From contig JAVZJD010000001.1 of NCBI GenBank assembly GCA_038870975.1, forward strand, positions 129,926 through 161,925: a stretch of DNA of 32,000 nucleotides, in the 5' to 3' direction. The DNA comes from Candidatus Bathyarchaeia archaeon (GTDB lineage: Archaea > Thermoproteota > CALKCG01 > B24). The notes beneath the pieces are model-generated. The model had not been told where the DNA came from and ran no database searches. It saw only the letters and a list, made by a program, of their open reading frames with translations. Of the stretch, positions 18,851 through 27,689 are shown in pieces (position 1 is the stretch's first letter; each line of letters opens with the position of its first letter). Made by a program: the position numbers and the translations under genes.

Positions 18851-18888
18851 CGGATACTTGAGTTAATCTTTAGAAAGGTGGTCATTGT

Positions 18889-20187
18889 ATGAGTCAGAAA
18901 CCCCATTTAAACTTAGTAGTCTGCGGACACGTAGATCATGGGAAGAGCACTCTAACAGGACACCTGTTATACTTAACGGGTGCTGTAGATGAGAGAACGA
19001 TAAAGGAGTATGAAGAGCAGGCTAAAGCCCTAGGTAAGGAGACGTTCAAGTATGCTTGGGTTTTAGATACGCTTAAGGAAGAAAGAGAGAGAGGACTAAC
19101 GATAGACTTAGAGTTTGTAAAATTTGAAACAGATAAGTTCTTCTTCACGATCATCGATGCCCCAGGACATAGAGACTTCATTAAGAACATGATTACTGGT
19201 GCAAGCCAAGCAGATGCCGCATTATTAGTGGTTTCAGCGAAGACCGGCGAATATGAAGTCTCAATACAACCTGGTGGGCAAGCTAGAGAACATGCCTTTC
19301 TGCTGATGACCCTAGGTGTTCGACAAATGGTTGTCGCTATCAACAAAATGGATGACGTTACTGTCAATTGGAGTCAGAAGAGGTTTGAAGAGTGTAAAAA
19401 TGGAGTAATAAGACTCTTAAAGACAATTGGTTATAACGTTGAGAAAATACCAATAGTGCCGGTTTCAGGATGGACTGGAGACAACATAGTCAAGCCTAGT
19501 GAGAAAATGCCGTGGTATAAAGGTCCAACACTTCTAGAAGCACTAGATGTATTCGAAGTCCCACCGAAACCAGTAGATAAGCCTTTGAGAATACCTATTC
19601 AAGACGTGTATACAATAACCGGTGTAGGAACTGTTCCAGTTGGAAGAGTGGAGACGGGGATTCTGAAAGAAGGCCAGACCGTAATATTCATGCCTTCCGG
19701 TGCTAAAGGAGAAGTCAGGTCTATTGAGACACACCACGTCAGAATTAAAGAGGCGTATCCAGGTGACAACATAGGCTTTAACGTTAGAGGCGTTTCTAAA
19801 ACCGATATTAGGAGAGGAGATGTCGTTGGACCAGTTGATAATCCACCTACGGTAGCTAAAGAACTCATAGCTAGGATAATAGTGGTCTATCACCCTACGG
19901 CTATAGCGGTAGGATACACACCAGTGATGCATATTCACACTGCCCACGTTCCATGTAAATTTGTCGAATTAATTAGGAAAATAAACCCGAGGACTGGTGA
20001 AACGATCGAAGAGAATCCTCCATTCCTTAGAACAGGTGAGTGCGCAATAGTAAGACTGCAACCTCTTAAACCCGTTGTAGCTGAAGAGTACACTGTTATC
20101 CCTCAACTCGGTAGATTTGCGATTAGAGACATGGGTACTACGATTGCAGCGGGCATAATTGAGAAGATAACTATAAAAGGACCATGA
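18889..20187 (+). CDS. tuf: Translation elongation factor 1-alpha (EF-Tu homologue)
   Basis: 432 aa; VVCGHVDHGKSTLTGHLLY, DAPGHRDFIKNMITGASQADAALLVV, AINKMDDV, VPVSGWTGDNI. Confidence 0.98.
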   Translation: MSQKPHLNLVVCGHVDHGKSTLTGHLLYLTGAVDERTIKEYEEQAKALGKETFKYAWVLDTLKEERERGLTIDLEFVKFETDKFFFTIIDAPGHRDFIKNMITGASQADAALLVVSAKTGEYEVSIQPGGQAREHAFLLMTLGVRQMVVAINKMDDVTVNWSQKRFEECKNGVIRLLKTIGYNVEKIPIVPVSGWTGDNIVKPSEKMPWYKGPTLLEALDVFEVPPKPVDKPLRIPIQDVYTITGVGTVPVGRVETGILKEGQTVIFMPSGAKGEVRSIETHHVRIKEAYPGDNIGFNVRGVSKTDIRRGDVVGPVDNPPTVAKELIARIIVVYHPTAIAVGYTPVMHIHTAHVPCKFVELIRKINPRTGETIEENPPFLRTGECAIVRLQPLKPVVAEEYTVIPQLGRFAIRDMGTTIAAGIIEKITIKGP

Positions 20188-20261
20188 TATACTTGCATGG
20201 AAGTCGTTTAACTCTTCTCAAGTATTTTTCTCTATTAGACGAAGGGTTTGGAGGTTAATGT

Positions 20262-20654
20262 TTGAAGTTTAAATTCCCCAAATATTTTTTAGCGATAATT
20301 TTGATAGGCGTATCACTCTACTTAAGTTGTGGGGGATTATACGTATTAATCGAAGGGCGGGAAGAGAACATTGTAACTCAACCTTGGGTTGTAGTACAAT
20401 GGGGGCAATCTCAAAGGATATCTTTGACAATACCTGGGTTAAGGAGTCAAACATTGGGTGAGGGTTATATCGTAGTTATCATATTCACATTATTCGCCTT
20501 AGGACTTTCCATGCCTTACCTATGTTTAAAATTTAAGGTTGATGTGAAGACTATGAGAAATATAATCATGGCTTCTATGATTCTTCTAATCGTATCGGCA
20601 TATTTAATTTTCAGTATATACTTCTCTAAGTATTGGGGTGTGCCGTGGCCTTAA
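20262..20654 (+). CDS. Small membrane protein of unknown function
   Basis: 130 aa; three hydrophobic segments (YFLAIILIGVSLYLSCGGLYVLI; GYIVVIIFTLFALGLSMPYLCL; IIMASMILLIVSAYLIFSIYF). Confidence 0.65.
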   Translation: MKFKFPKYFLAIILIGVSLYLSCGGLYVLIEGREENIVTQPWVVVQWGQSQRISLTIPGLRSQTLGEGYIVVIIFTLFALGLSMPYLCLKFKVDVKTMRNIIMASMILLIVSAYLIFSIYFSKYWGVPWP

Positions 20655-21316
20655 ACTTCTTCAACCCCCTTAGACGTGATTAAAACAGTAGTTGTAGCCA
20701 TTTTACCCGTAATTTCGTTCTTCTCAATAGTTATTCTCCTTAGATTTGGTTTACCCGTTAGCTCCATTCTAATAACTACTGGCGACCAAAATTTTAAAAC
20801 CCTGCTAGCGACAGGTTCTAAGCCTCTTTTCTCTAAACTCCTAGCCTGACTTATAGATAAGCAAGCTATGTTAAACACTTTTGCCATTTTACTTAGATAC
20901 GCCATCTGCCTATTAAGCTCCCTATTGAGACCAAATGAATCTTTAGTCTGTGAAAGTTCAATTCTGTATAGTTTCGTGATTGAGTCAAGGATTAGTAATG
21001 CTACACCTCTACTAATGTAGCGGTCAAGAGATTCTACTATATGGGTCTGCTCACTGAAAGACGTAGGACGTAGTATCGCTATCCTCTGTAGGACTTCATC
21101 TGTAAGACTTTCATCCATTTGTAAAAGCCTCATTGAACTGAGTCTTTCGTCAGAATCTATGTATATCGTCTTAAACCCTTTTAGTGCGGCTTTAACCACA
21201 GTTTGGAGGGCTAACGTGGATTTGCCCGAGCCAGCTTCACCGTAGATAAGTGTTATACTACTCCTAGGGAATCCTCCTCCAAGTGTTGTATCTAAAGTTC
21301 GACACCCAGTGGGCAA
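20651..21316 (-). CDS. radB: DNA repair and recombination protein RadB
   Basis: 221 aa RecA-fold ATPase; LPTGCRTLDTTLGGGFPRSSITLIYGEAGSGKSTLALQTV, LLILDSITKLYR; short, lacking a RadA N-terminal domain. Confidence 0.88.
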   Translation of the reverse strand: MPTGCRTLDTTLGGGFPRSSITLIYGEAGSGKSTLALQTVVKAALKGFKTIYIDSDERLSSMRLLQMDESLTDEVLQRIAILRPTSFSEQTHIVESLDRYISRGVALLILDSITKLYRIELSQTKDSFGLNRELNRQMAYLSKMAKVFNIACLSISQARSLEKRGLEPVASRVLKFWSPVVIRMELTGKPNLRRITIEKNEITGKMATTTVLITSKGVEEV

Positions 21317-21436
21317 ACTCAGGATGAATACGCCTCCAATAGCTTACAATTACTCTTAAAATTTAGGTTTTTATCTTCCATCATGGTACTGTGAAAAGAT
21401 AAATTCCCCCTTATCTAATAGTGTTAAGAGATTAAT

Positions 21437-22753
21437 ATGGAGAAAAGCAGATTAAGACGTTTTGAAATCGAAGCTGGAGAGTGTTTACTGATAGGTGGAC
21501 CAGCACAGTTGAAGATAGTTGAAGGAAAAATTGAAGCATTAGGGGTTGAACTGAGCAGAGGAGGGAGGGTTGTTGTAAGAGTTTTCAGAGCTATCCCCAT
21601 CAGAGGCCTTGAAAAAAGTCTTCTCGAAGTAGAACACGGTCTCAATGGGTTTATTGAACGTATAGATAAGCCTTACCCTCCTGAGTGGGTACAAGTAGTT
21701 GATAAGGTTTTAGAGGTCAAGGGTACCGTGCTAATTGTAGGCGCAGTAGATGTCGGAAAATCCACTCTCTGCACTCTCATCACTAATCGTATGCTATTAA
21801 AAGGCTTAAAAGTCGGCGTTATAGAGGGCGACGTCGGTCAAGCTGAGATAGGCCCGCCAACAACCGTAAGTCTTGCCATACCTAAACTACCATCACCCGA
21901 CTTATTTAGACAAGACCCCATGACTTCTGAATTCATAGGGTCTACAAGCCCCATGGGTTTTGAAGAAGAGATAATAGAGGCTATACGTAAACTTAAGAAC
22001 GAGGCTGAAAACTTAGGGGTGGACTTACTAGTAGTCAATACGGATGGTTGGATTGAAGACGAGAAAGCCGTAACGTATAAAGTCAAATTAGCAGATACAT
22101 TGAAACCTTCACTAGTAGTCGTTCTTAGCAACGAGGAGGAACTAGAAGAGCTTAAAAGAAGACTTTCCGAAAAATTTAACGTCATCATAGTTCCGCAGTT
22201 ATCTAGAGCTAGGAAAAGAAGTAGAGAAGCGCGTAAGGAGTTGAGAGAGCTTAGCTATCAGAAAAATTTGAGGGGGTCTACCGTAAGATCGATACCTATA
22301 AGCTGGATAAGGATTTTAAACCACGACCTAGGTACTGGAGTTGTTTTGAGCGATGATAGATTTAAGAAACTTAATGAGCAACTCAATGGGGGACTGGTTT
22401 ACGGGGAAGAAACACCCAATGGTCTACTCTTGGTTTTAAACGGAAGATTTGTCTCTTCTAAAGACTCCATTAAAAGGGTATTCGAAGGACAAAGCCGACC
22501 TGTAAGCATTATATGGCTTGGGTCAGAAAGAGGACTCATAGTTGGCCTATATAATAGGGAGGGGAAGTTTATCGGCATAGGTGTCATAGAGGAGATAGAT
22601 TATAAAAGAAGGATTTTAAAGATTCATACACCATGCCAACAGACGATAGGGATGATAAAGTTAGGTTGCATTAAGCTTGTAGAATCTTGGAAGGAAGTTG
22701 AGAAATACCCTAGTTGCCCCTTAAAACCCGTGAAACTGAATGATGTTCAATAA
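21437..22753 (+). CDS. Polynucleotide 5'-hydroxyl kinase, Grc3/Nol9/Clp1 family
   Basis: 438 aa; VLIVGAVDVGKSTLCTLITNRMLLKGLKVGVIEGDVGQAEIGPPTTVSLA, NTDGWIEDEKAVTYKVKLADTLKPSLVVVL. Confidence 0.88.
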   Translation: MEKSRLRRFEIEAGECLLIGGPAQLKIVEGKIEALGVELSRGGRVVVRVFRAIPIRGLEKSLLEVEHGLNGFIERIDKPYPPEWVQVVDKVLEVKGTVLIVGAVDVGKSTLCTLITNRMLLKGLKVGVIEGDVGQAEIGPPTTVSLAIPKLPSPDLFRQDPMTSEFIGSTSPMGFEEEIIEAIRKLKNEAENLGVDLLVVNTDGWIEDEKAVTYKVKLADTLKPSLVVVLSNEEELEELKRRLSEKFNVIIVPQLSRARKRSREARKELRELSYQKNLRGSTVRSIPISWIRILNHDLGTGVVLSDDRFKKLNEQLNGGLVYGEETPNGLLLVLNGRFVSSKDSIKRVFEGQSRPVSIIWLGSERGLIVGLYNREGKFIGIGVIEEIDYKRRILKIHTPCQQTIGMIKLGCIKLVESWKEVEKYPSCPLKPVKLNDVQ

Positions 22754-22783
22754 CCCGGCAAATGCATCATCCATAGGATATAC

Positions 22784-23341
22784 CTAGATTAATTTTGCGC
22801 TTTTTAACGTATCTACGATCACCGTGGCAATATTATTGGGCAATTCATCTCTATTCGTAAATGAAACTTGAAATATAATCGGGTTTTTACTGTTTAAAAG
22901 TTCTACTAAAGGATCGCTAATTTTATGGTGTAAAACGGCTATCACCAGTTTAGGGCTTCTAATTATATCTACGACTGCTTCTCGGAAACGTCTACTTTTC
23001 AGCTCCATGGGTCCTATCTCGTCCAAAGCTACCACAGGTATACTTTCGCTTACCAATGCTCTTCTCAATGCCGCAACTCCTATTTCTTCAAGGTCTTCTA
23101 TCTTGACCCCATACCTACCAACTTTTATACCAGTTTTAAAGTCTGCTTTGGCAAGCCATCCCCATCGACCACTCTCCAAATCTTCAACTTTAAATCCAAT
23201 TCTAACACCATCAACTCTTACCTCTCGACATATCATACCTCCAACCTGTAGACCTCTAGTTCTAAGTATCTGAATAGTCTTCAATAAGACTGTGGTTTTA
23301 CCTACTCCAGGCGGTCCTGTTATCACGATCTTTTTAGTCAT
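22784..23341 (-). CDS. Nucleoside-triphosphatase THEP1 family
   Basis: 185 aa; KIVITGPPGVGKTTVLLKTIQILRTRGLQVGGMICREVR, VVALDEIGPMELKSRRF, VIAVLHHK. Confidence 0.9.
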   Translation of the reverse strand: MTKKIVITGPPGVGKTTVLLKTIQILRTRGLQVGGMICREVRVDGVRIGFKVEDLESGRWGWLAKADFKTGIKVGRYGVKIEDLEEIGVAALRRALVSESIPVVALDEIGPMELKSRRFREAVVDIIRSPKLVIAVLHHKISDPLVELLNSKNPIIFQVSFTNRDELPNNIATVIVDTLKSAKLI

Positions 23342-23395
23342 CTAGTCTTTTAAAACCCGAGAAAAGTTCTTAAAGTTAGTTGTATCAGGCTAGAA

Positions 23396-24070
23396 ATGTT
23401 TTTAGCAAGCAACGGGGTTTATAGACTTATGAGCTATCTAGAGGAGGAAGATATTAAAAAAGAGCTTATAGAAGTAATGAAGGTAATGCACGATAAAGGC
23501 TTGATGACGGGCATAGGTGGGAACGTTTCATACAGAATCCCTGAGACTAATGAGGTTTGGATAACGCCATCTGGGCTGTACAAGCCTAAACTAAGTACTG
23601 AAGACCTCGTTAAAATAGACTTAGATGGTAATTTATTGGAGGGTATCTACAAACCATCTATGGAATGGCCTATTCACACATCAATATACAGACGGCGGGT
23701 TGATGTAAACTGCGTTCTCCACTGCCACCCACCATATGCAACTGGTTTAGTATTGGCTGGCGTAGAATTTAGACCCATAACTTTAGAGGCTGCTCTGATG
23801 ATAGCTAGAGCGCCTATCGTTCCATTCATATATCCTGGAACTAAAGAGTTGGGTGAAGCTGTAGCCGAAGCCGCCATGGGTAGCCGTATAATACTTCTTC
23901 AAAACCATGGAGCTATAACACTAGGCTATGACATCTATGAAGCAGTGACCGCTATGGAAATTTTAGAAGAATGTGCAAAAATGACTTTCGTAGCCAGATG
24001 TATGGGTGTTAAACCAGCCGAAATAACCGAACGGGATATTGAACTTCTAAGGAAGCTCTACAAGCTTTAA
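23396..24070 (+). CDS. fucA: Class II aldolase/adducin family (L-fuculose-phosphate aldolase-like)
   Basis: 224 aa; GLMTGIGGNVSYRIPETNEVWITPSG, VDVNCVLHCHPPYATGLVLAG, ILLQNHGAITLG. Start may be the internal ATG at 23432. Confidence 0.87.
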   Translation: MFLASNGVYRLMSYLEEEDIKKELIEVMKVMHDKGLMTGIGGNVSYRIPETNEVWITPSGLYKPKLSTEDLVKIDLDGNLLEGIYKPSMEWPIHTSIYRRRVDVNCVLHCHPPYATGLVLAGVEFRPITLEAALMIARAPIVPFIYPGTKELGEAVAEAAMGSRIILLQNHGAITLGYDIYEAVTAMEILEECAKMTFVARCMGVKPAEITERDIELLRKLYKL

Positions 24071-24089
24071 AACGTTCAGACCGTAAATT

Positions 24090-24584
24090 CTAAGCCAAAT
24101 ATGTGACGTTCTCAGAGTCAAATCCTTTTATAAATTCAATGTTCTTAGGTTTCATTCTTACAGGGCGATTTAAGTCTTCATCGATTTCTTTAACCGATTG
24201 AAGAATCGACCGTATACCGTACTTGGATATCTTAGTTGCTGGATGGTCCTCGCCAAGGTTATTTTTACAAATTATGTAGGCGAGTTCACTCGTGTAGGCT
24301 TCATCATAACCTAATGAATGGAGATATTCGTGTAATAGTACTTCAAATATGTAGCTTTTAATGATGTTTTCGTCATCAGCTTCTCGTTTAAGTTTTTCGA
24401 TAAGTTTCCGGTTTAAAACAATGATGTTTGGAGAATAGTATGCCGCCACTGTAGATGGCATATCTGATAAACCCAGCATTAGACCTACCCTACGTCTACC
24501 TAGAGTTCTATACACGGCCTTCTTAACTAAGAGGAAAATGTCGTTGAATTCACGGCTTTTAACTAATTCTTCAGCTATAGACAT
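24090..24584 (-). CDS. Putative small HExxH metalloprotease-like protein
   Basis: 164 aa; IFEVLLHEYLHSLGYDEAYTSELAYIICKNNLGEDHP, an HExxH zincin-like motif. Confidence 0.6.
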   Translation of the reverse strand: MSIAEELVKSREFNDIFLLVKKAVYRTLGRRRVGLMLGLSDMPSTVAAYYSPNIIVLNRKLIEKLKREADDENIIKSYIFEVLLHEYLHSLGYDEAYTSELAYIICKNNLGEDHPATKISKYGIRSILQSVKEIDEDLNRPVRMKPKNIEFIKGFDSENVTYLA

Positions 24585-24638
24585 AGTCTTGACTATGGAG
24601 AGACAACTTCTCTATTAAACTTTACTCGCTTCTTAAGG

Positions 24639-24911
24639 CTAACGGTACAAGTGAGACTCTACAACTATTGTTGGATCTATACGCTTGATTAATGCAACTA
24701 TTCTTCCGAAGTTTCTTTTAAACTCCTCTTCATTCCATTTAAATCCCGTTATAACGGCTAGATTCCGTGAAGGCATCAACTGAATGAAGGCTATGAAATG
24801 TTTACCTCTTATGAAGTATTCATAAGCGTGCATTCTAACGCCATAGCCTTCTTCTCTTAGAGAATTCAGTAGTTTAAGTCTACCAGTTTGCGACTCAAAT
24901 ATTTTACTCAT
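24639..24911 (-). CDS. Conserved-looking small protein of unknown function
   Basis: 90 aa; begins 3 nt downstream of the HMGCS stop with no gap for a separate promoter, consistent with cotranscription. Confidence 0.55.
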   Translation of the reverse strand: MSKIFESQTGRLKLLNSLREEGYGVRMHAYEYFIRGKHFIAFIQLMPSRNLAVITGFKWNEEEFKRNFGRIVALIKRIDPTIVVESHLYR

Positions 24912-24914
24912 GGA

Positions 24915-26426
24915 TTAGAGTCCACTCGACTCTTTCCACTTTCTATAAGTTGAGTAGTCTACATACTGACGTTTCGGATTCTTCACCTGGGAAAGTACAG
25001 GTATACACCTCTCCCGTTTTTCTTCAATCTTCTCAGTAACCGTGAAAATATATGCATCACTGCCAGCACCAGACCCATAGCTAACCATTAAAATTCTACA
25101 GCCCGGTTCCGCAATGTCGAGTAATGCTGCTAAAGCCGTCGGACTTGACCCAGAGTACAAATTGCCTATATACTGTGCTACAAGACTTGGCTTAATTTGG
25201 TCCATAGAGAAGCCTGCGTCTAAAGCTGCCCTCACAGGAAATTTCACATTGGGAGAGTGTAAGGCAACGTAGGATATATCGCCTGGTGTTAACCCCGACT
25301 CTTTCAATATACCTTTTATGGCCGATAGTATGTGCTTAAAGTATGCTGGTTCTCCAGTAAATCTCCCCCCATGCCTAGGATACTTTTCGCCCTCCCTTCT
25401 GTAGAAGTCTGGAGTATCAGAGGTATATGATACATAATAATCGAGCGTAGCAATTACATCTCTCTTACCGAATATGTATGCTGCAGCTCCAGCTCCAACT
25501 GTATAATCTAATGGATCTCCAGGAGCCGCCTGAGAATTATCGGCTCCTATAACCATTACGTATTCTCCCCTAAATACTGGAGATTCAACTAAGGCTACGG
25601 CATCTATGAATAAGTCTGTGGCGGCTTTACACGCAAACTGCGTATCCAAACCACCGGAAAAGAAGCCGTCTTCATACGGTTCTCCGATCTTCAGAGCCTG
25701 TATAACCGTGGAAGCCGAAGGTTTAACAGCGTATGGCGTAGACTCAGAACCTACGTAACACTTTTTAATGTAACGTCCGTCTAAAGCGGCATGTATTAAA
25801 GCTCTTCTACCCGCTTCTACGGCAAAAGTCGTCGCATCTTCATCTGGAAAAGGCACCGCCCTCTCTAATATACCTGCACCTATAGAGGGGTCTTCATTTT
25901 TAATTCTAAACTTAGGTATGTATATTCCATAGCCTACGATGCCTGGTTTTTCGGATTTCTCTGAAGGTTTTAGAGGCCTATAGTCTTTAACCTCGTAATA
26001 ATCTTCTACGAAAGAGAAGACTAAGCTTGAATAGTATATTAATCCACTTTCGCCGTCGACGTAAAGTCTTCTAAATCTAGGTATCACCTCCTTACCTATA
26101 AACTCAGATATGTCAACCTCTGAATCGTCTACCACAAAATCCGTGATCCTACCTGGAACTTTAACCTCTCCGTTAAAATCGATGATCCCGGTAACAAATG
26201 AACCTAAATACAAAAACTTATTTGTAGGCCTCCTTATGACGGTCCCAGCATAAAACACTCCTTTACGATGGAAATATTCTTCATAGGTTATTCTGCTTTT
26301 CCGCCCTTCAACATCGCAGAATGGTTTGGGTGGAAAATACCGCCTACCGCAGATTTCACATCTACTTATCCTAATGCCATAATCCACTGTAATTTTCCTT
26401 CTAGTTATAGGCTCACTCATAATCAA
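24915..26426 (-). CDS. DUF35 OB-fold/zinc-ribbon domain fused to a hydroxymethylglutaryl-CoA synthase-like domain
   Basis: 503 aa; N-terminal CEICGRRYFPPKPFCDVEGR...GTVIRRPTNK...VTGIIDFNGEVKVPGRITDF (DUF35-type), then GIVGYGIYIPKFRI..., FACKAATDLFIDA, ALHSPNVKFPVRAAL (HMGCS-like). Confidence 0.88.
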   Translation of the reverse strand: MIMSEPITRRKITVDYGIRISRCEICGRRYFPPKPFCDVEGRKSRITYEEYFHRKGVFYAGTVIRRPTNKFLYLGSFVTGIIDFNGEVKVPGRITDFVVDDSEVDISEFIGKEVIPRFRRLYVDGESGLIYYSSLVFSFVEDYYEVKDYRPLKPSEKSEKPGIVGYGIYIPKFRIKNEDPSIGAGILERAVPFPDEDATTFAVEAGRRALIHAALDGRYIKKCYVGSESTPYAVKPSASTVIQALKIGEPYEDGFFSGGLDTQFACKAATDLFIDAVALVESPVFRGEYVMVIGADNSQAAPGDPLDYTVGAGAAAYIFGKRDVIATLDYYVSYTSDTPDFYRREGEKYPRHGGRFTGEPAYFKHILSAIKGILKESGLTPGDISYVALHSPNVKFPVRAALDAGFSMDQIKPSLVAQYIGNLYSGSSPTALAALLDIAEPGCRILMVSYGSGAGSDAYIFTVTEKIEEKRERCIPVLSQVKNPKRQYVDYSTYRKWKESSGL

Positions 26427-27646
26427 ACCTCCTTAGCTAATATGTGGACGTTTGCTATTCCACCGCTACCACCTATGTTATGGCATAGCGCGTAGTTAAT
26501 GCCCCCTTCAATGCTAACTTGGTTTTCACCGGCTTCATTTCGCATCTGTTTAAAGCATTCATAGATTTGTCTGAGCCCAGTGGCTCCAACAGGATGCCCA
26601 TCAGCTTTAAGTCCACCTCCTACATTTACGAAGAGTTCCCACCCATCTCCTACATACGGTATGTGCTTTGAGCCGCTGAATGAATCTATGCTTTCGTATA
26701 TTCCTTTCCAGCCTTCGCCTTTACGGTAGAAGCCTGAATCCTCCATAAATAGACATTCCTCTATTGTGAAACAATCGTGAGCCTCAGCTATTCGAACATC
26801 TTTAAACATTATACCAGCTTCTTTCAAGGCTTTAGTTACAGCAAGCCTAGTGGCTCTAATCTCTAACGTAGATATCCTACTGAATAGTGATACATGGTCT
26901 GTGGCCTGTTGAGAAGCAACCACGTAAACTGGGTCGTCTGTATACCTTCTAGCGATCTCTGGATTACACAATACTACGGCTACGGCTCCGTCCGACACCG
27001 GGCTGCAGTGTAGTAATCTTATTGGGTCGGCTATCAGTACAGATTTAAAAACATCCTCAACTCGTATTTCGCTTCTAAATTGTGCGTATGGATTCCTTAC
27101 GGCGTGGTGATGGTTCTTCACGGCTATTTGAGCTAGTGCTATTCTACATTTATCATCGTTCCTTCCAAACTCGTAAATATACCTAGCCATCATCGTCGCG
27201 TATAAGCCTGAAAAAGTGAACCCAGAATCGAATTCGTGCGGATCAGCTGCGAACATGAGGTCGTCTACGATTTTCCCATATCTATCGGTCATTTTCTCAA
27301 ACCCGCCAACTAGCACGACATCATAAATACCAGACTTTATAGCTAAGCAAGCATTATGTAGAGCTGAGCTACTTGAAGCACACGCCGCTTCTGTCTGGGT
27401 CATAGGCACATTCAGACCGAGCTCTCTAGAGATGTAGCCTGGAACTAGGCCTAGCTTATTCGTAACTTGGTACATGAAGCTTCCAAAGTAACATGCTTGA
27501 ATATCAGCTCTATGAAGGCCTTTATCTACGGATTCTAAAGCGTCTAAGCCAGCTTTAACAACCATACTCTCTGGGTTTTCATACCAAAGCTCTCCAAACC
27601 TCGTTCTACCAACTCCTATGATAGCGGCATAAGGCTTTCCAGTCAT
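26423..27646 (-). CDS. Thiolase family protein (acetyl-CoA acetyltransferase / SCPx-type)
   Basis: MTGKPYAAIIGVGRTRFGELW, QTEAACASSSSALHNACLAIKSG, VLVGGFEKMT, GGGLKADGHPVGATG, ALCHNIGGSGG; ATGA overlap with the following gene. ORF opens at 27655 (TTG); ATG at 27646 preferred. Confidence 0.9.
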   Translation of the reverse strand: MTGKPYAAIIGVGRTRFGELWYENPESMVVKAGLDALESVDKGLHRADIQACYFGSFMYQVTNKLGLVPGYISRELGLNVPMTQTEAACASSSSALHNACLAIKSGIYDVVLVGGFEKMTDRYGKIVDDLMFAADPHEFDSGFTFSGLYATMMARYIYEFGRNDDKCRIALAQIAVKNHHHAVRNPYAQFRSEIRVEDVFKSVLIADPIRLLHCSPVSDGAVAVVLCNPEIARRYTDDPVYVVASQQATDHVSLFSRISTLEIRATRLAVTKALKEAGIMFKDVRIAEAHDCFTIEECLFMEDSGFYRKGEGWKGIYESIDSFSGSKHIPYVGDGWELFVNVGGGLKADGHPVGATGLRQIYECFKQMRNEAGENQVSIEGGINYALCHNIGGSGGIANVHILAKEV

Positions 27647-27672
27647 AGTTAACAATGAAACATAGCGTATTT

Positions 27673-27689
27673 CCGATTTAAAAGTTTCC
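27673..27689 (-). promoter_or_regulatory. Putative BRE/TATA element for the thiolase-HMGCS unit
   Basis: On the minus strand GGAAACTTTTAAATCGG lies about 30-40 nt upstream of the ATG at 27646, compatible with a short leader or leaderless transcript. Confidence 0.5.

Noticed and set aside
16519-18888. tRNA, RNase P RNA or SRP RNA in the noncoding gaps of the ribosomal protein region
   Set aside because: I could not find a T-loop plus acceptor pairing, RNase P core motifs, or the SRP helix 8 consensus by eye; a covariance-model scan is still advisable.
19543-19947. 134 aa minus-strand ORF inside EF1A (plus other long antisense ORFs in rpoB, rpoA and the membrane protein gene)
   Set aside because: Lies entirely antisense to strongly identified conserved genes; composition reflects the opposite strand and no family motif is visible.
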